Assembly: GCF_006345805.1 (NCBI RefSeq)
Contig: NC_043015.1
Location: 49,228,001 to 49,292,000 of the forward strand
Source of the DNA: Octopus sinensis
Lineage: Eukaryota
Reading direction: 5' to 3'
DNA length: 64,000 nt
Under the pieces are notes generated by a model that did not search any database, was not told where the DNA came from, and saw only the letters and a list, made by a program, of their open reading frames with translations. Shown one piece after another: positions 1 through 12,488 of this stretch. A program made the translations under genes and the position numbers. Position 1 is the first letter of the stretch; every line of letters starts with the position of its first letter.

Positions 1-991
1 TATATTACATTGCTTTTTAATTAACTGTCTGCAGATGTATTAAGTAAAGATTAAAATGAAATAGAATACAATAAAAATGTGAATATAATGAGTCGAAGGG
101 AAGAGACTGAAGATGAAATTAAGATCATGGCATGGAATGCATATTTCCCTGGTAAAAAGGAACACGTGTTCAACTTCAGATGAAATCAATACCACTGGTG
201 GAGCCATAAGCTGGAACCATTGTGTCTTAAAACCTTAATATGGTACAAAAGATACTTTTTAAGAAAATCCTTGAACACCTTTTAAGCCATATTATATAAA
301 GATTTACTCTTTTACTCTTTTACATGTTTCAGTCATTTGACTGCGGCCATGCTGGAGCACCGCCTTTAGTCGAGCAAATCGACCCCAGGACTTATTCTTT
401 GTAAGCCCAGTACTTATTCTATCGGTCATCTTTTGCCGAACCGCTAAGTGACGGGGATGTAAACATACCAGCATCAGTTGTCAAGCGATGTTCGTGGGGG
501 AGAAAAACACAGACACACATATATATGACAGGCTTCTTTCAGTTTCCTTCTACCAAATCCACTCACAAGGCTTTGGTCGGCCTGAGGCTATAGTAGAAGA
601 CACTTGCCTAAGGTGCCATGCAGTGGGACTGAACCCAGAACCATGTGGTTGGTAAGCAAGCTACTTACCACACGGCCGCTCCTGCACCTAAATTTTTTTT
701 TAAAGTGCCTGTTTTATTTTTTGAGAGAACAAAAAATATGGCAAAAGGCCAGCAATTTTTGAGGGGTAGATAGATTGATGACATCAACCCCAGTGTTTAA
801 CTGGTACTTATTTTACTGACCTGGAAAAGATGAAAGGCAAAATCGACCTTGGCAGAATTTGAACTCAGAACGCAATGAGCTGGAAGAAATGATGCTAAGC
901 ATTTTGTCCAATGCATTAACACTTTCATTACTGTATTTCTGTTGAGATGCTCTGTGTTTCTTTCAATTAATTTTAAATATAACAACTTAGC

Positions 992-1209
992 AATTCAACA
1001 ATGAAATAACAATGATATAATTAAATTATATCATATAGAAAAAAATTGAATATAAGATAAGAACATATACCAATAATTAAGTAAAATACAATTATACTTT
1101 TTTATTATTTTGTATTTTATTTAATTATTGGTATATGTTCTTATCGTATATTTAATTTTTTTCTATATGGTATAATTTAATTATATCATTGTTATTTCAT
1201 TGTTGAATT
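992..1209. repeat. AT-rich near-perfect inverted repeat (about 100-bp arms, short loop)
   Basis: aattcaacaatgaaataacaatgatataattaaattata... pairs with ...tataatttaattatatcattgttatttcattgttgaatt with only a few mismatches. Confidence 0.92.
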
Positions 1210-1233
1210 AATAAAAGGAGGTTCTTCTCTAAG

Positions 1234-1269
<36 letters not shown>

Positions 1270-2720
1270 CGGGCTTCTTTCAGTTTCTGTCTACCAAATC
1301 CACTCACAAGGCTTTGATCAACCCGAGGCTATAGTAGAAGACACTTGCCCAAGGTGCTACACAGTGGGACTGAATCATGAAGCATGTGGTTGGTAAGCAG
1401 GCTACTTACCACACAGCCACTCCTGCTCCTACAAACTCAGCTACTCCAGAAATAACAAATTCAAAATAAATGAATGAAAGCAAAATTTCCGGCTGCAAAA
1501 GCTATAAATATGTCACTATAATACTGACGCTCAAGAATATATGAAAAGATTAAAGATTATTGTGTCACTAGAAAATAAACGCATTACTATGTTGCTCATA
1601 TGCAACAGTAACATCATTATATTTGGAGCCAACACACACGCAGATACACACACACCGGAGTCCTTACACATACAGAGAAAATAAAAAGAACTATTCATAT
1701 AAAACCAAGTGCTAGTAACAAAAAGGATAAAATAAAATCTGAAGAAACCCCCCCCTGTAACCCATAGCAGGAGAAACGCTTTCTCCAGTCTGAGAGTCTG
1801 AGAGTGGAAGGCAATGTAAAAAGAAGTCTTTGGGTTAAACTCTGACTTCTCTAATTACTTTAACGATATTAGAAAATGGTTTTCAAGTGGAATATTTTAA
1901 AAGTAATTTTTATGTCTGGAACAACAAACAACTTTGGCAGACGCCTACTTCAACAGAAGAGAACGACATTGGCTAAACCAATAAAACATTCCTATTTAAT
2001 TAACGAGTGCATGTGTGTGTGTGTGTGTGTGTATGTTTGTGGGTGGGCGTGCGTGTGTATAAACACCAAACTGTAGTGGTCGTGTGCAAGCATGTACCAT
2101 GCTGTTGCTAATTTATTTCAGGTTGCTGTATAAGGCATGCAAAGATATGGACACCCTCTTGACCGACCCACATTTGATCCAGGATTACAGAGAGAGTATG
2201 GCAGCTGGAGTGAGAGTGGGAGAGAATGAGTGGGAGGGAGAGAGAGAGAGAGCATGAGTGGGAGAGAGAGAGAGAGCATGAGTGGGAGAGAGAGAGAGAG
2301 CATGAGTGGGAGAGAGAGAGAGAGAGAGAAGGGTAGCTACATTATCACTAGGCTGGTACTCATTTTCTTTTCAGCTAAGTATACTGGAACAAAATGAAAT
2401 TAAGTGCCCTGATCAAGGACACAACACACTGCCCAGTCCAGCAGTTGAACTCAAAACATTGTGATCAAGTGCCCAACATCATAACCACGAGGCCACATGC
2501 CAATATACATGCAAACATATGTATGCATGTGTTACCATCACTGAAGAGCATGTGTTTTTAGGCAACCACCCTGTTATCAAATATCCAGTTACCTAATACC
2601 CACTGCAAAACCGATCGCTAAGCTTGGTTAAAATTAATCTGTGATACTGTATACTTTGATTAATATACGCACCCCATTGAGAAGTGACTTTTTCTTTCTG
2701 ACTTATGCATTCTTAGATGA

Positions 2721-2755
<35 letters not shown>

Positions 2756-2770
2756 ACACACACACACACA

Positions 2771-3259
2771 TACATGTAAGTCAATGTTTTGTACTTTTAC
2801 AAGGAGAAACTATTGACCTGTATTAATTTTGTTTATACTTTGCATCGTTCCGGCTTTATGAGAAAAATAATTAATAAGATATATCTTTTATCTTTAACTT
2901 GTTTCAGTCATTGGATTGTGACCAAGCTGGAGCACCATCTTAAAGAGTTTTAGTGAAATGAATCGACTCCGGTACTTATTCCATCGATCTCTTTTGCTAC
3001 GGTCTGCAAAGGTGGACAGGCTTTCTCAAGGACTACATGTTACCACCGATTATCTTGGTCCTTTGTCATCTCCTCCATGCACAGGTTTCATCTATTTTCA
3101 ATGACCTGCACCTCTTTACCAAACTGTCACCCTCCATATACATCTCATGCCTGCACCAGTACAGTCTCCTCTCTTGTAAACTAATTCTGATTCCACTTCA
3201 AGCCAGCTTTGCACTTCACCTCAATTTACTCCACCACTCAAGGACACTGAGACACACAT

Positions 3260-3333
<74 letters not shown>

Positions 3334-3818
3334 TGTAAGTCAATGTTTTGTACTTTTACAAGGAGAAACTATTGACCTGTATTAATTTTGTTTATACTTT
3401 GCATCGTTCCGGCTTTATGAGAAAAATAATTAATAAGATATATCTTTTATCTTTAACTTGTTTCAGTCATTGGATTGTGACCAAGCTGGAGCACCATCTT
3501 AAAGAGTTTTAGTGAAATGAATCGACTCCGGTACTTATTCCATCGATCTCTTTTGCTACGGTCTGCAAAGGTGGACAGGCTTTCTCAAGGACTACATGTT
3601 ACCACCGATTATCTTGGTCCTTTGTCATCTCCTCCATGCACAGGTTTCATCTATTTTCAATGACCTGCACCTCTTTACCAAACTGTCACCCTCCATATAC
3701 ATCTCATGCCTGCACCAGTACAGTCTCCTCTCTTGTAAACTAATTCTGATTCCACTTCAAGCCAGCTTTGCACTTCACCTCAATTTACTCCACCACTCAA
3801 GGACACTGAGACACACAT

Positions 3819-3850
<32 letters not shown>
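2771..3850. repeat. Tandem duplication, 559-bp period, bounded by (CA)n tracts; contains an RTE remnant
   Basis: tacatgtaag at 2771 and 3330. ORFs 3037 and 3596 are offset by 559. Confidence 0.95.
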
Positions 3851-3855
<5 letters not shown>

Positions 3856-4269
3856 TGGAACGACTATCAAAACCTGAAATTCTAAACTAATGTTATTCCA
3901 AGTTGTGCATTGTCAATTGCTTGACTTCTCAACTCAAATCACTCTTGTCCCCCCCTTTGTCTGTCTGTATGTTTCCACTACATTAATGCTTTACTATTTT
4001 TTATGACTAATACAATCAATTGATTATAATGGACTTGTAACAACACAAACCAAAGATTACAAAGGAAGGAGAAGATATGATTTAGAGCAGTCAAATGTAA
4101 CCTATGGCCTGCAAGATTCTCTGAATGGGGCATCAAACAAAAACATTGAGTTCCTTTAGTAACACAGCCTGCTTAATAACGAGCCTTGTCTCATGCATCG
4201 CACTTCTCGGAAAATGGAATGTCCATATTTGGTTAAGAGTTTGAAGTAGAATATAATGACAGCAAATAT

Positions 4270-4880
4270 AAAGGAGGTGAGCTGGCAGAAGTGTTAGCAT
4301 GCCAGGCGAAATGCTTAGCGGCATTTCATCTGCTGTTACGTTCTGAGTTCAAATTCCGCTGAGGTCGACTTTGCTTTTCATCCTCTCGGGGTTGATTAAA
4401 TAAAGTACCAGTTATGCACTGGGGTCGATATAATCGACTTAATCCGTGTGTCTGTCCTTGTTTAATCCTCTCTGTGTTTAGCCTCTTGTGGGTAGTAAAG
4501 AAATAGGTATTTCATCTGCCGTTACGTTCTGAGTTCAAATTCCACTGAGGTCGACTTTGCCTTTCATCCTTTCGGGGTCGATTAAATAAGTACCAGTTAC
4601 ACACTGGGGTCAATATAATCGACTTAATCCGTGTGTCTGTCCTTGTTTAATCCTCTCTGTGTTTAGCCTCTTGTGGGTAGTAAAGAAATAGGTATTTCAT
4701 CTGCCGTTATGTTCTGAGTTCAAATTCCGCTGAGGTCGACTTTGCCTTTCATCCTCTCAGGATTGATAAATTAAGTACCAGTTACGCACTGGAGTCGATG
4801 TAATCAACTTAATCTGTTTGTCTGTCCTTGTTTGTCCCTTCTATGTTTAGCCCCTTGTGGGCAATAAAGAAACAAGAATA
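4270..4880 (+). mobile_element. SINE family A head-to-tail trimer
   Basis: One head and three body/tail units at about 185-bp period. Similar trimers at 39752-40200 and 45547-46110. Confidence 0.88.
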
Positions 4881-6032
4881 TACTGACAGCTACCACAGAT
4901 GTCACAAAGATGTGAGAGATAAGGCAGAAGAGACAGAAACGAGGAAAGGTTCCTAAACAGGCAAAGTTCCTAAGAACCAGACCATGAATGCATGTTAATA
5001 TCCTTTTCTACTCCAGGCACAAGGCTCGAAATTTTTGGGGAGGGGGCCAGTTGATTAGAGCAACCCCAGTATGCAACTGGTACTTAATTTATCGACCCCC
5101 CAAAAAGATGAAAAGCAAAATCAATCTCAGCGGAATTTGAACTTAAAACATAGCCATGGGTGAAATACCGGTAAGCATTTTGCCCAGCGTGCTAACGATT
5201 CTGCCAGTTCACCACCTTTATAATATTCTTTTCTACTCTAGGCACAAGGCTCGAAATTTTTGGGGAGGGTGCCAGGTGATTAGAGTTACCCAAGTACGCA
5301 ACTGGTACTTAATTTATCGATCCTGAAAAGATGAAAGGCAAAGTCGACCTCGGTGGAATTTGAACTCAGAACATGAAGACAGACGAAATACCGCTAAGCA
5401 TTTTGCCCAACGTGCTAATGTTTCTGCCAGTTTGCCACCTTAGAATGCCTATTAATATCAACAAGGCAGACACACACTACAAGAGCCAGTTCATGGAAGT
5501 ATCATTTTTTTTAAATATCTTTTACTTGTTTCAGTCACTGAACTGTGGCCATGTTGGGGCACTGCCTTGAAGAGTTTTAGTTGAAAAAATTGACTATAGA
5601 ACTTATTTTTTTAAAAGCCTAGAACTGCTTATGTTGGACTGCTAAAATCGTGGAGATGTAAAAAAACCAACACTGGTTGTCAAGCAGTAGTAAGGGCAAA
5701 CACAAATAGATTCACACATGCACATATATACACACATACGCTGGGCTTCTTTCAGTTTCCATTTACTAAATCTACTCAAAAGTAGAAGACACTTGCCCAA
5801 GGTGTCATTCAGCGGGACTGAACCCAGAACCATGTGATTGGGAAGCAAACTTTTTACCATGGAGCTACACCTTAGTATTAATAGGAGAGACATTGTTGGA
5901 TCATGAAAATATATTAGTATCAATAGAGCAAACAAGCACTACAAAGTCCAAACCATGGATGCATATTAGAATTAATAGAACACTACGAGAATCAGACCAT
6001 AAATACTTAATAATATAAATAGGAGAGATATA

Positions 6033-7644
6033 TTGGGTCATCCCATAAATAATGCGGATTTTTTTATACTTCTTTTATTTTTGAAATCAAGACAAAGTTA
6101 TTTTTTAATCTAAAACATACTCTCCTTCATTTTCTACAATGTTCTTCCATCTATCTGGTTGACTTGCAAGGCTCGTCTTCAAAAATTCACTTGTCATCTT
6201 ACAAACAATAACTCTGAGCACCTTTTCAAACTCCACCCGTCTAACACCCGTGGGCATATTTACAAAGTCAGAAAACAGCACAGCTCCCATGACTTTAGGA
6301 AACATTTTTTCACGTTGAGAGTTGCTGAAGCATGGAACAAACTGCCAGCATCAGTTTTTAGTTGTCGGAGCACTGCATCCTTCAAAACTTCCATGCTTTC
6401 TGAGATTCGCCAACACTACACCTGATTTTCTCCCCTCCATACACACACAAGCATGTATCTGACTCATACATTGTTTGCTTTCCAGACATTTGTATATTAC
6501 TACATATACTTTACACGCACTTTCTGACAAGTTGTGGTGCACCTGAGCACTGTATACAATAATTTCATTATTATTTTTTTTTTTAAAGTACTCCTCCAGT
6601 ACTGTTCTGACCTCATCTACAGAATTCATATTTTTTCCATCCAAATGATTTTGAAGACAGGAATAAATGATAATCAGATGGGACACTCTCTGATGAATAT
6701 GGTAGGTGGGACATTGTTTCCCATTCAAACTACTGCAGCCTTTGGAAAGTCATCCTTGCTATATGTGGGTGAGCATCATCCTGATGGAAGGACACCTTTT
6801 GTCCTGAAACCAAAGATGGTCATTTTCCTTCTAGCGCTGACTTAAGCCGCTCACAGTAGATCTCTTTTGTTATTGTTTGGTTTGGGTTTAAAAGTTCAAG
6901 AGGACTAAACCTTTCTTATCCCACCAAACAGAGCATCTTATGTGGGTGAAGACCTTCTTTAGCCTTGGGTGCCCGTGTTTATCCTTTCCCTATCCACTGT
7001 CTCCGGTTCTTGACATTTTTATAGAGAATCCATTTCTCGTCACCAGTCACTATTCGGTCCGAAAAAGGTTCATTGATGAGACGTGACAGCAAGAGCACAT
7101 ATTCACTCTCTGTGCATGATTAGACTCGGAAAGTTTGTGAGGAACACATTAACCCAATTTCCTTACTTTTCTGATGGCAGACAGGTACTGATGAATGGTT
7201 AAACGACCAAATCCAAGCTTCTTTCCTAGTTTCTCAACAGTTACAATGGGATGTTCTTCCACCAGGGTTTGCAGGACATCCTCATCGAACTCTACAAATC
7301 TTCCAGGATGAGGCCCATCTTGTAGATTGTTGTTTCCGGTTCAGAATTTCTGGATCCATTGTTGACACTGGCTTATGCTTACCGTCCGATCCCCATATAC
7401 TGCATTAATATTCCTCACACTTTCCATCACATTGTTGCCTTTACTGAACTCATAAAGCAAAATATGCCAAATATGCTCCTTTGTCACTTCCATTATAGCT
7501 TTGAAAAAATATCTGTTAAAATCAAATAACTGGTAAAATAAATACCTGTTTTTATAGCAAGTTGATGTAGGTAGTTTATCCTGCCCCCACTGACTTTTAG
7601 TTCATGCAATTGAAAAAAGTCGCATTATTTATGGGATGAGCCAA
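6033..7644 (-). mobile_element. Degenerate full-length mariner transposon interrupted by a LINE fragment
   Basis: TIRs ttgggtcatcccataaataatgcg / cgcattatttatgggatgagccaa, each flanked by TA. Minus-strand remnants HPGRFVEFDEDVLQTLVEE (HTH), FHQDDAHPH and SDYHLFLSLQNHL (catalytic domain). Confidence 0.9.
6158..6580 (+). mobile_element. CR1/L2-type LINE 3' fragment nested in the mariner
   Basis: TRGHIYKVRKQHSSHDFRKHFFTLRVAEAWNKLP is the typical CR1 ORF2 C-terminus, followed by a 3' UTR and T-rich end. Confidence 0.85.
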
Positions 7645-7800
7645 TACTATATATTGCAAGCATATAATATTGTAAAGTAAGAGTAAAACAAACTAAAAGG
7701 ATTGTGTGAAGAAAAAATGTGAAAAGCTTGAAGCAAAGCAGTGAGCTTAATGCACTATGTTCACACAAAAGGTAAGAAAACCGGAGGTAAAGGTGTCATG

Positions 7801-7978
7801 CTAAACCAACCTGGCATAAGAAAAGTGCGTTGGTGATGTTGGACTAGAACTAGCAGACTTAATTTTTTTCCTTCTAACAACTTTTGGTTCTTCCTCAAGA
7901 TCAGCATCAACCTTATGAATCAGTTGGACCAACGCTGCCAGACTTGGTTTCTCTACATTATCTGACTCTTTTTTTGGC
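7801..7978 (-). CDS. SLC9A: Probable terminal NHE exon: (K)PKKESDNVEKPSLAALVQLIHKVDADLEEEPKVVRRKKIKSASSSPTSPTHFSYARLV*
   Basis: Acceptor ttttaccaaag after a long pyrimidine tract. Phase-2 start fits exon K. Charged, Ser/Pro-rich sequence like a regulatory tail, but no homology could be confirmed. A weak donor AG|gttggt at 7811/7810 is an alternative end. Confidence 0.55.
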
Positions 7979-8320
7979 CTTTGGTAAAACAAAACAGAAC
8001 AAACAAATAAAAAATAAAAAATGAAGAAAACAAAAACAAACAAATAGAAAAATAAAAAAAATGAAGAAAACAAAAACAAACAAATAGAAAAATAAAAAAA
8101 ATGAAGAAAACAAAAACAAAAATATGAATTTTTTTAGAAATAAATTCAAAAGCTGGTGAGAAACAGCTTCTGTATTGTGTTGGTTTGATTCAGATATGAA
8201 TCGTATTCTCAAAGATTTCAAACGCAAACAACAATGAAAGGTAAAATAAAAACAACAAAATAAACAAAAAAGGAAAGAAAATCAAACAAAAAGCACAATA
8301 TATGGTGTGTTTTGACCGGC

Positions 8321-8356
<36 letters not shown>

Positions 8357-8368
8357 TAATAATAATAA

Positions 8369-8400
<32 letters not shown>

Positions 8401-8654
8401 ATAGTAAAAGAGTGTCCAGTAGAACTGTGTACAAAAGGTTTGCCTCCATGGCAAGGCCAAAATAATTAGGAAAGTATTAGATAGTGGAAAAGAACAGATA
8501 GCTTGGTACTGCGGGCTACAAGCAGCAAGCCCACTGTGCATGCAAGACTCCTCCAGGAGTTACAACAAAACCTGAGATAAAAAGAATTAATAATAATGCT
8601 GATGTTGATGATGATGATAATGATGATGATGATGATGATAATGAATAGATACAA

Positions 8655-9605
8655 CTGTTATGGTAAAACAATCAGCCATCTCTTACATATGTTATGAGCT
8701 AAAACTGTACACTACAAGTGATAAACAGCTGAAAACATTACCGCAGACAGTACATGGATTTATCAAAGGAATAAACATGAAATTTGGCTTAGAAAAAATG
8801 TGTCAAAGCAACCTTGGAAAGAGGAAAACTAGTTAAGAGTAACAATATCACAGTAGATAAAGCAAATGAAATAAGAGAATTAGACCAAAGCCAAACATAC
8901 AAATACTTAGGAATCAATGAACTAAATACGATATAACACATATAAATGAAAGAGAAGATAAGAAAAGAATACTATAGATGAGTTAGATTAATACTGGAAA
9001 CAGAGCTCAATGCGAAAAACAAGATAATAGGTATCAACAATCTAGTTATCTCAGTTATAAGTTAGAGCTATAATATTCTTAACTGGACTCGAAATGAACT
9101 GATCTAAATAAACAGGAAAACAAGAAAAATAATGACAGGATTTAGGATGCACCACCCAAAATCTGAGATAGGGAGATTATATATACAATGTATTGAAGGT
9201 GGTAGAGGCCTTATACAGCTAGAAAACTATTGCAAAATAACCAACATAGGACTATAGAAATACCTCCTTCAGAAGCAAGGAAAACTAATACAAATAGCCA
9301 TAAAACACGAACAGCGGTGGTGCCCCAGCATGGCCGCGGCATTCAGGCTAAAACATTTTTAAGGATTTAAGGAAAACAAAAACTTGTTTTTAGCCTTTAA
9401 GGAAGCTTACAAATACAAACGAGAAGTCATAGTACCTAACAACTATGAAGAAAAAGAAGAAACAATAAAAGCTGAAAAAACAACTGGAATCTAAACTAAA
9501 ACTGGAACAGCAATGGATCATGATAAAACGATGGCAAGAAAAGCCCCTTCAAGGAAAATCCTGGGTTAAACTGAACAGAAAAAGAAATAGACAAAGCAAA
9601 ATCCT
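8655..9605 (+). mobile_element. Decayed R4/Dong-like non-LTR retrotransposon RT region
   Basis: With stops and frameshifts it reads GKTISHL...KLY...MKFGL...KYLGI...KIRKEYY...TELNAKNK..GIN...NWT...RKTRKIM...HHPKS...LY....GGRGL. Confidence 0.8.
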
Positions 9606-9903
9606 GTGAACTCAGATTGTGCAGACTGACGAAATGCTGATAAATATTTTGTCAGCTTGTTGCATTAATAATAATGATAATAGTAATACTAATAATAATA
9701 ATGGTTTCAAATTTTGGCACAAGGCCAGCAATCTCAGGAAGCGGGTAAGTCAATTACATCGACCCCAGTGTTCAACTGGTGCTTATTTTATCAACTCTGA
9801 GAGGATGAAAGGCAAAGTCAACCTTAGCAGAATTTGAACTCAGAATGTAAAGACGGAAGAAATGCCGCCAAGCATTTTGCAAGGTGTGCTAAATAATAAT
9901 AAC

Positions 9904-9947
<44 letters not shown>

Positions 9948-10482
9948 TCCTTTCTACTAAAGGTACAAGGCCTCAAATTTTGGAAGAAGGGACAAGATGA
10001 TTACATTGATCCCAGTATTTCACTGGTACTTATTTCATTGACTCTAAAAGGATGAAAGGCAAAGTTGACCTTGGAGGAATTTGAACTCAAAATAAAAAGA
10101 CAACAAAATGCTGCTAAATACATACGAGTGTTCAGCTTTTTGCTGAATGACCTACACAAACGATTTGTTGATAGGGACCCAAATGTTTGCACTGTTTATA
10201 AGCTTTTTTCCGCCGTCCAATCGACATTGCCTGAATAGGAGCATGGTGTACCACATGTCAGGTTTCGAAAAAACCACAACGCACCACTCACTCTAGGAAT
10301 TGAAACCACAATCATGTGATTATGAGTGCAACACCCAAACCACTGGGCCAAACGTTTATATATAATGATTGTAATAATGATGGTAATAATAATAATAATA
10401 ACAACAACAACAATAATGACAGCAAAAATTAATAATAATAAATATATCATGCATCTATGCAGAATCTGTACAGATATATATA

Positions 10483-10995
10483 TCTATATATATAAAACTG
10501 TAGTTGTGTGAGTGTCTGTCCCCTTCGATTTAGATTCCTAACTACTCCCACATTTTGCGATGCAGTTTAACCAAATTCGGGTATCTTATAGTCGTGATTC
10601 ATATCGAGCCCGTCTGAGTATTAGCGCGCGTCTACGATGAGTCTACGATTTTAAAAATAATTTAACATCATTTTTTATTCCATTTTAATGCATAATTTTT
10701 CGTGTGTCGATGGCGGCGGAGTTGGCGTCCATGGTCACACCTGCACCTGTTTGCTTCTCCCCCTTCTTCCCTCCCTCGTGAAGCTGTGGGGAAGGGAGTG
10801 TAAGGAAATCAACGTCATAAAGCGTTGTCAAGGAGACCAGCGTTCTCTTAGAACAACGACTTCATGGCTTGAAGACACCAAAACAGAAATGGCTAAGAAA
10901 GCCTGAATTGGCATCTATAAGGGAAGTAACTCTCTAAAAATGCTTATATAGTTATTTCCCTTACAAACCCGAGCAACACCGGGCGATACTGGTAG
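10483..10995 (+). mobile_element. Non-autonomous Helitron-like element, copy 1
   Basis: Starts A|TCtatatatataaaa and ends cccg-agcaacac-cggg hairpin + gatactgGTAG|T. Shares an internal block and 3' end with copy 2. Confidence 0.7.
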
Positions 10996-10999
10996 TATA

Positions 11000-11165
11000 T
11001 ATATATAGGGAGAGTTTACGAAAAAAACAAAAGACGAAGACAGGTGGTGTACTAAACAAATGTATTAGTATAACACTCAGGAATAGAAAAAAGTCTTTTA
11101 TGTTTCGAGCCTAAGCTTTTCTACAGAAAGGGACACAGAAAAAACAAGGAGAGAAAAAAATGTGT
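11000..11165 (-). mobile_element. Solo fragment of the Penelope pseudo-LTR
   Basis: Its reverse complement aligns with 14335-14512 (ctgtgt..ctttctgt.ga..agc.taggctcgaaac..aaagact...cctgag...atactaataca..ccacctg.cttcgtcttttg). Confidence 0.75.
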
Positions 11166-12488
11166 GTATATATATATATATATATTGATGATATTGATGT
11201 TTCTTGCAAAAACCTCAAGGTCTAACAGAATATTTAATAAAAGCTAAGTATCGAAATCTTTTAGAATCTTTTAGAAATGTTTTAGCAGCATGTTCAAAAG
11301 CATAACAGAACTCTAGTTGTAGTCTGTCAACAACATAAAGTGATAAGAAAGATATAGTGGGTGGTATATACCACCGGGTGGGTTCTACCAAGAGATGTTT
11401 CAGAGTAATAAAGTGACAGGGGTGTCGATATCTGTGGAGATAAGAAATTTTGCATGTTAAATGTCAGCAAATAATTTACTATCAAAACATTCCATAAATA
11501 CATCAACAAAAATTAATCAGATTAGAAAATGAAAATAACAAAAACAGAATAAAAATTCCATGAAATCAGATAATTTTTATACATGCCAATCCCTTCACAT
11601 TTCAAAGTGGAAAAGTTTGTTGTTTTTGAAAAATCTATCGTTGTCATTATCATTATCTTCGTCACTGCTGCATTTACCATGACCTTCAATATTACCATCA
11701 TCATTGCTTTAATATTCAGTTTTCCATGCTTGCAGCGGGCAGATGGAATTTGTTGAGACAAATTTTCAACTTGCCAGATGCTCTTCCTGTCATCAAAGCT
11801 TACCTGTTTCCAAGAAAGGTAATACTTCTCCCAAGGCTAGACATGTCTTCACAGAAGATTAGAAATGAATGATGCCACCTGTATGATGTCAAGAGAAGGA
11901 AGCATACACACACGCACAAACATACACACAAGCACACACATGCACAAAGACACAAGGAAACATACACACACACACGCAGAAACACTCACAAACACACACA
12001 TACACACACAGAATTTGCTGCTGATATCTTTTACCTTTTACCTGTTTCACATGCACAAACACATACACACACAAACAGACCCACACACAAGCACACACAC
12101 ACGCACAAACACACATACACACGCACAAACACACACACAAATACACACACACACAAATACACACAAAACACAAATACACGCAAAAACACAGATACACACA
12201 CAAACACAGACACATGCACACACACAAACACACACACACATGCACAATCACACATACACACAAACACAAATACACACAAAACACAAAGGCACACACAAAT
12301 ACACGCACAAACACACACACGATGGCTTCTTTCAGTTTCCATCTACCAAATCTACTCCCACTGCTTTGGTTGGTACGTACGTAATAATATTATTGGGAAG
12401 ATTTTTCCTGGTATGAATTAAAAAAATTTTTTCCAATGTTCTAATTTACATCAAGATATAATTAAACAGCAATATGTTTTATCAGCAA

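Noticed and set aside
11865-12416. Long overlapping ORFs (also 25868-26321, 37948-38535, 55572-56188, 58743-59235, 61355-61859)
   Set aside because: They are translations of CA, TA and AAT microsatellites (HT/VC/IY/poly-I runs), not genes.
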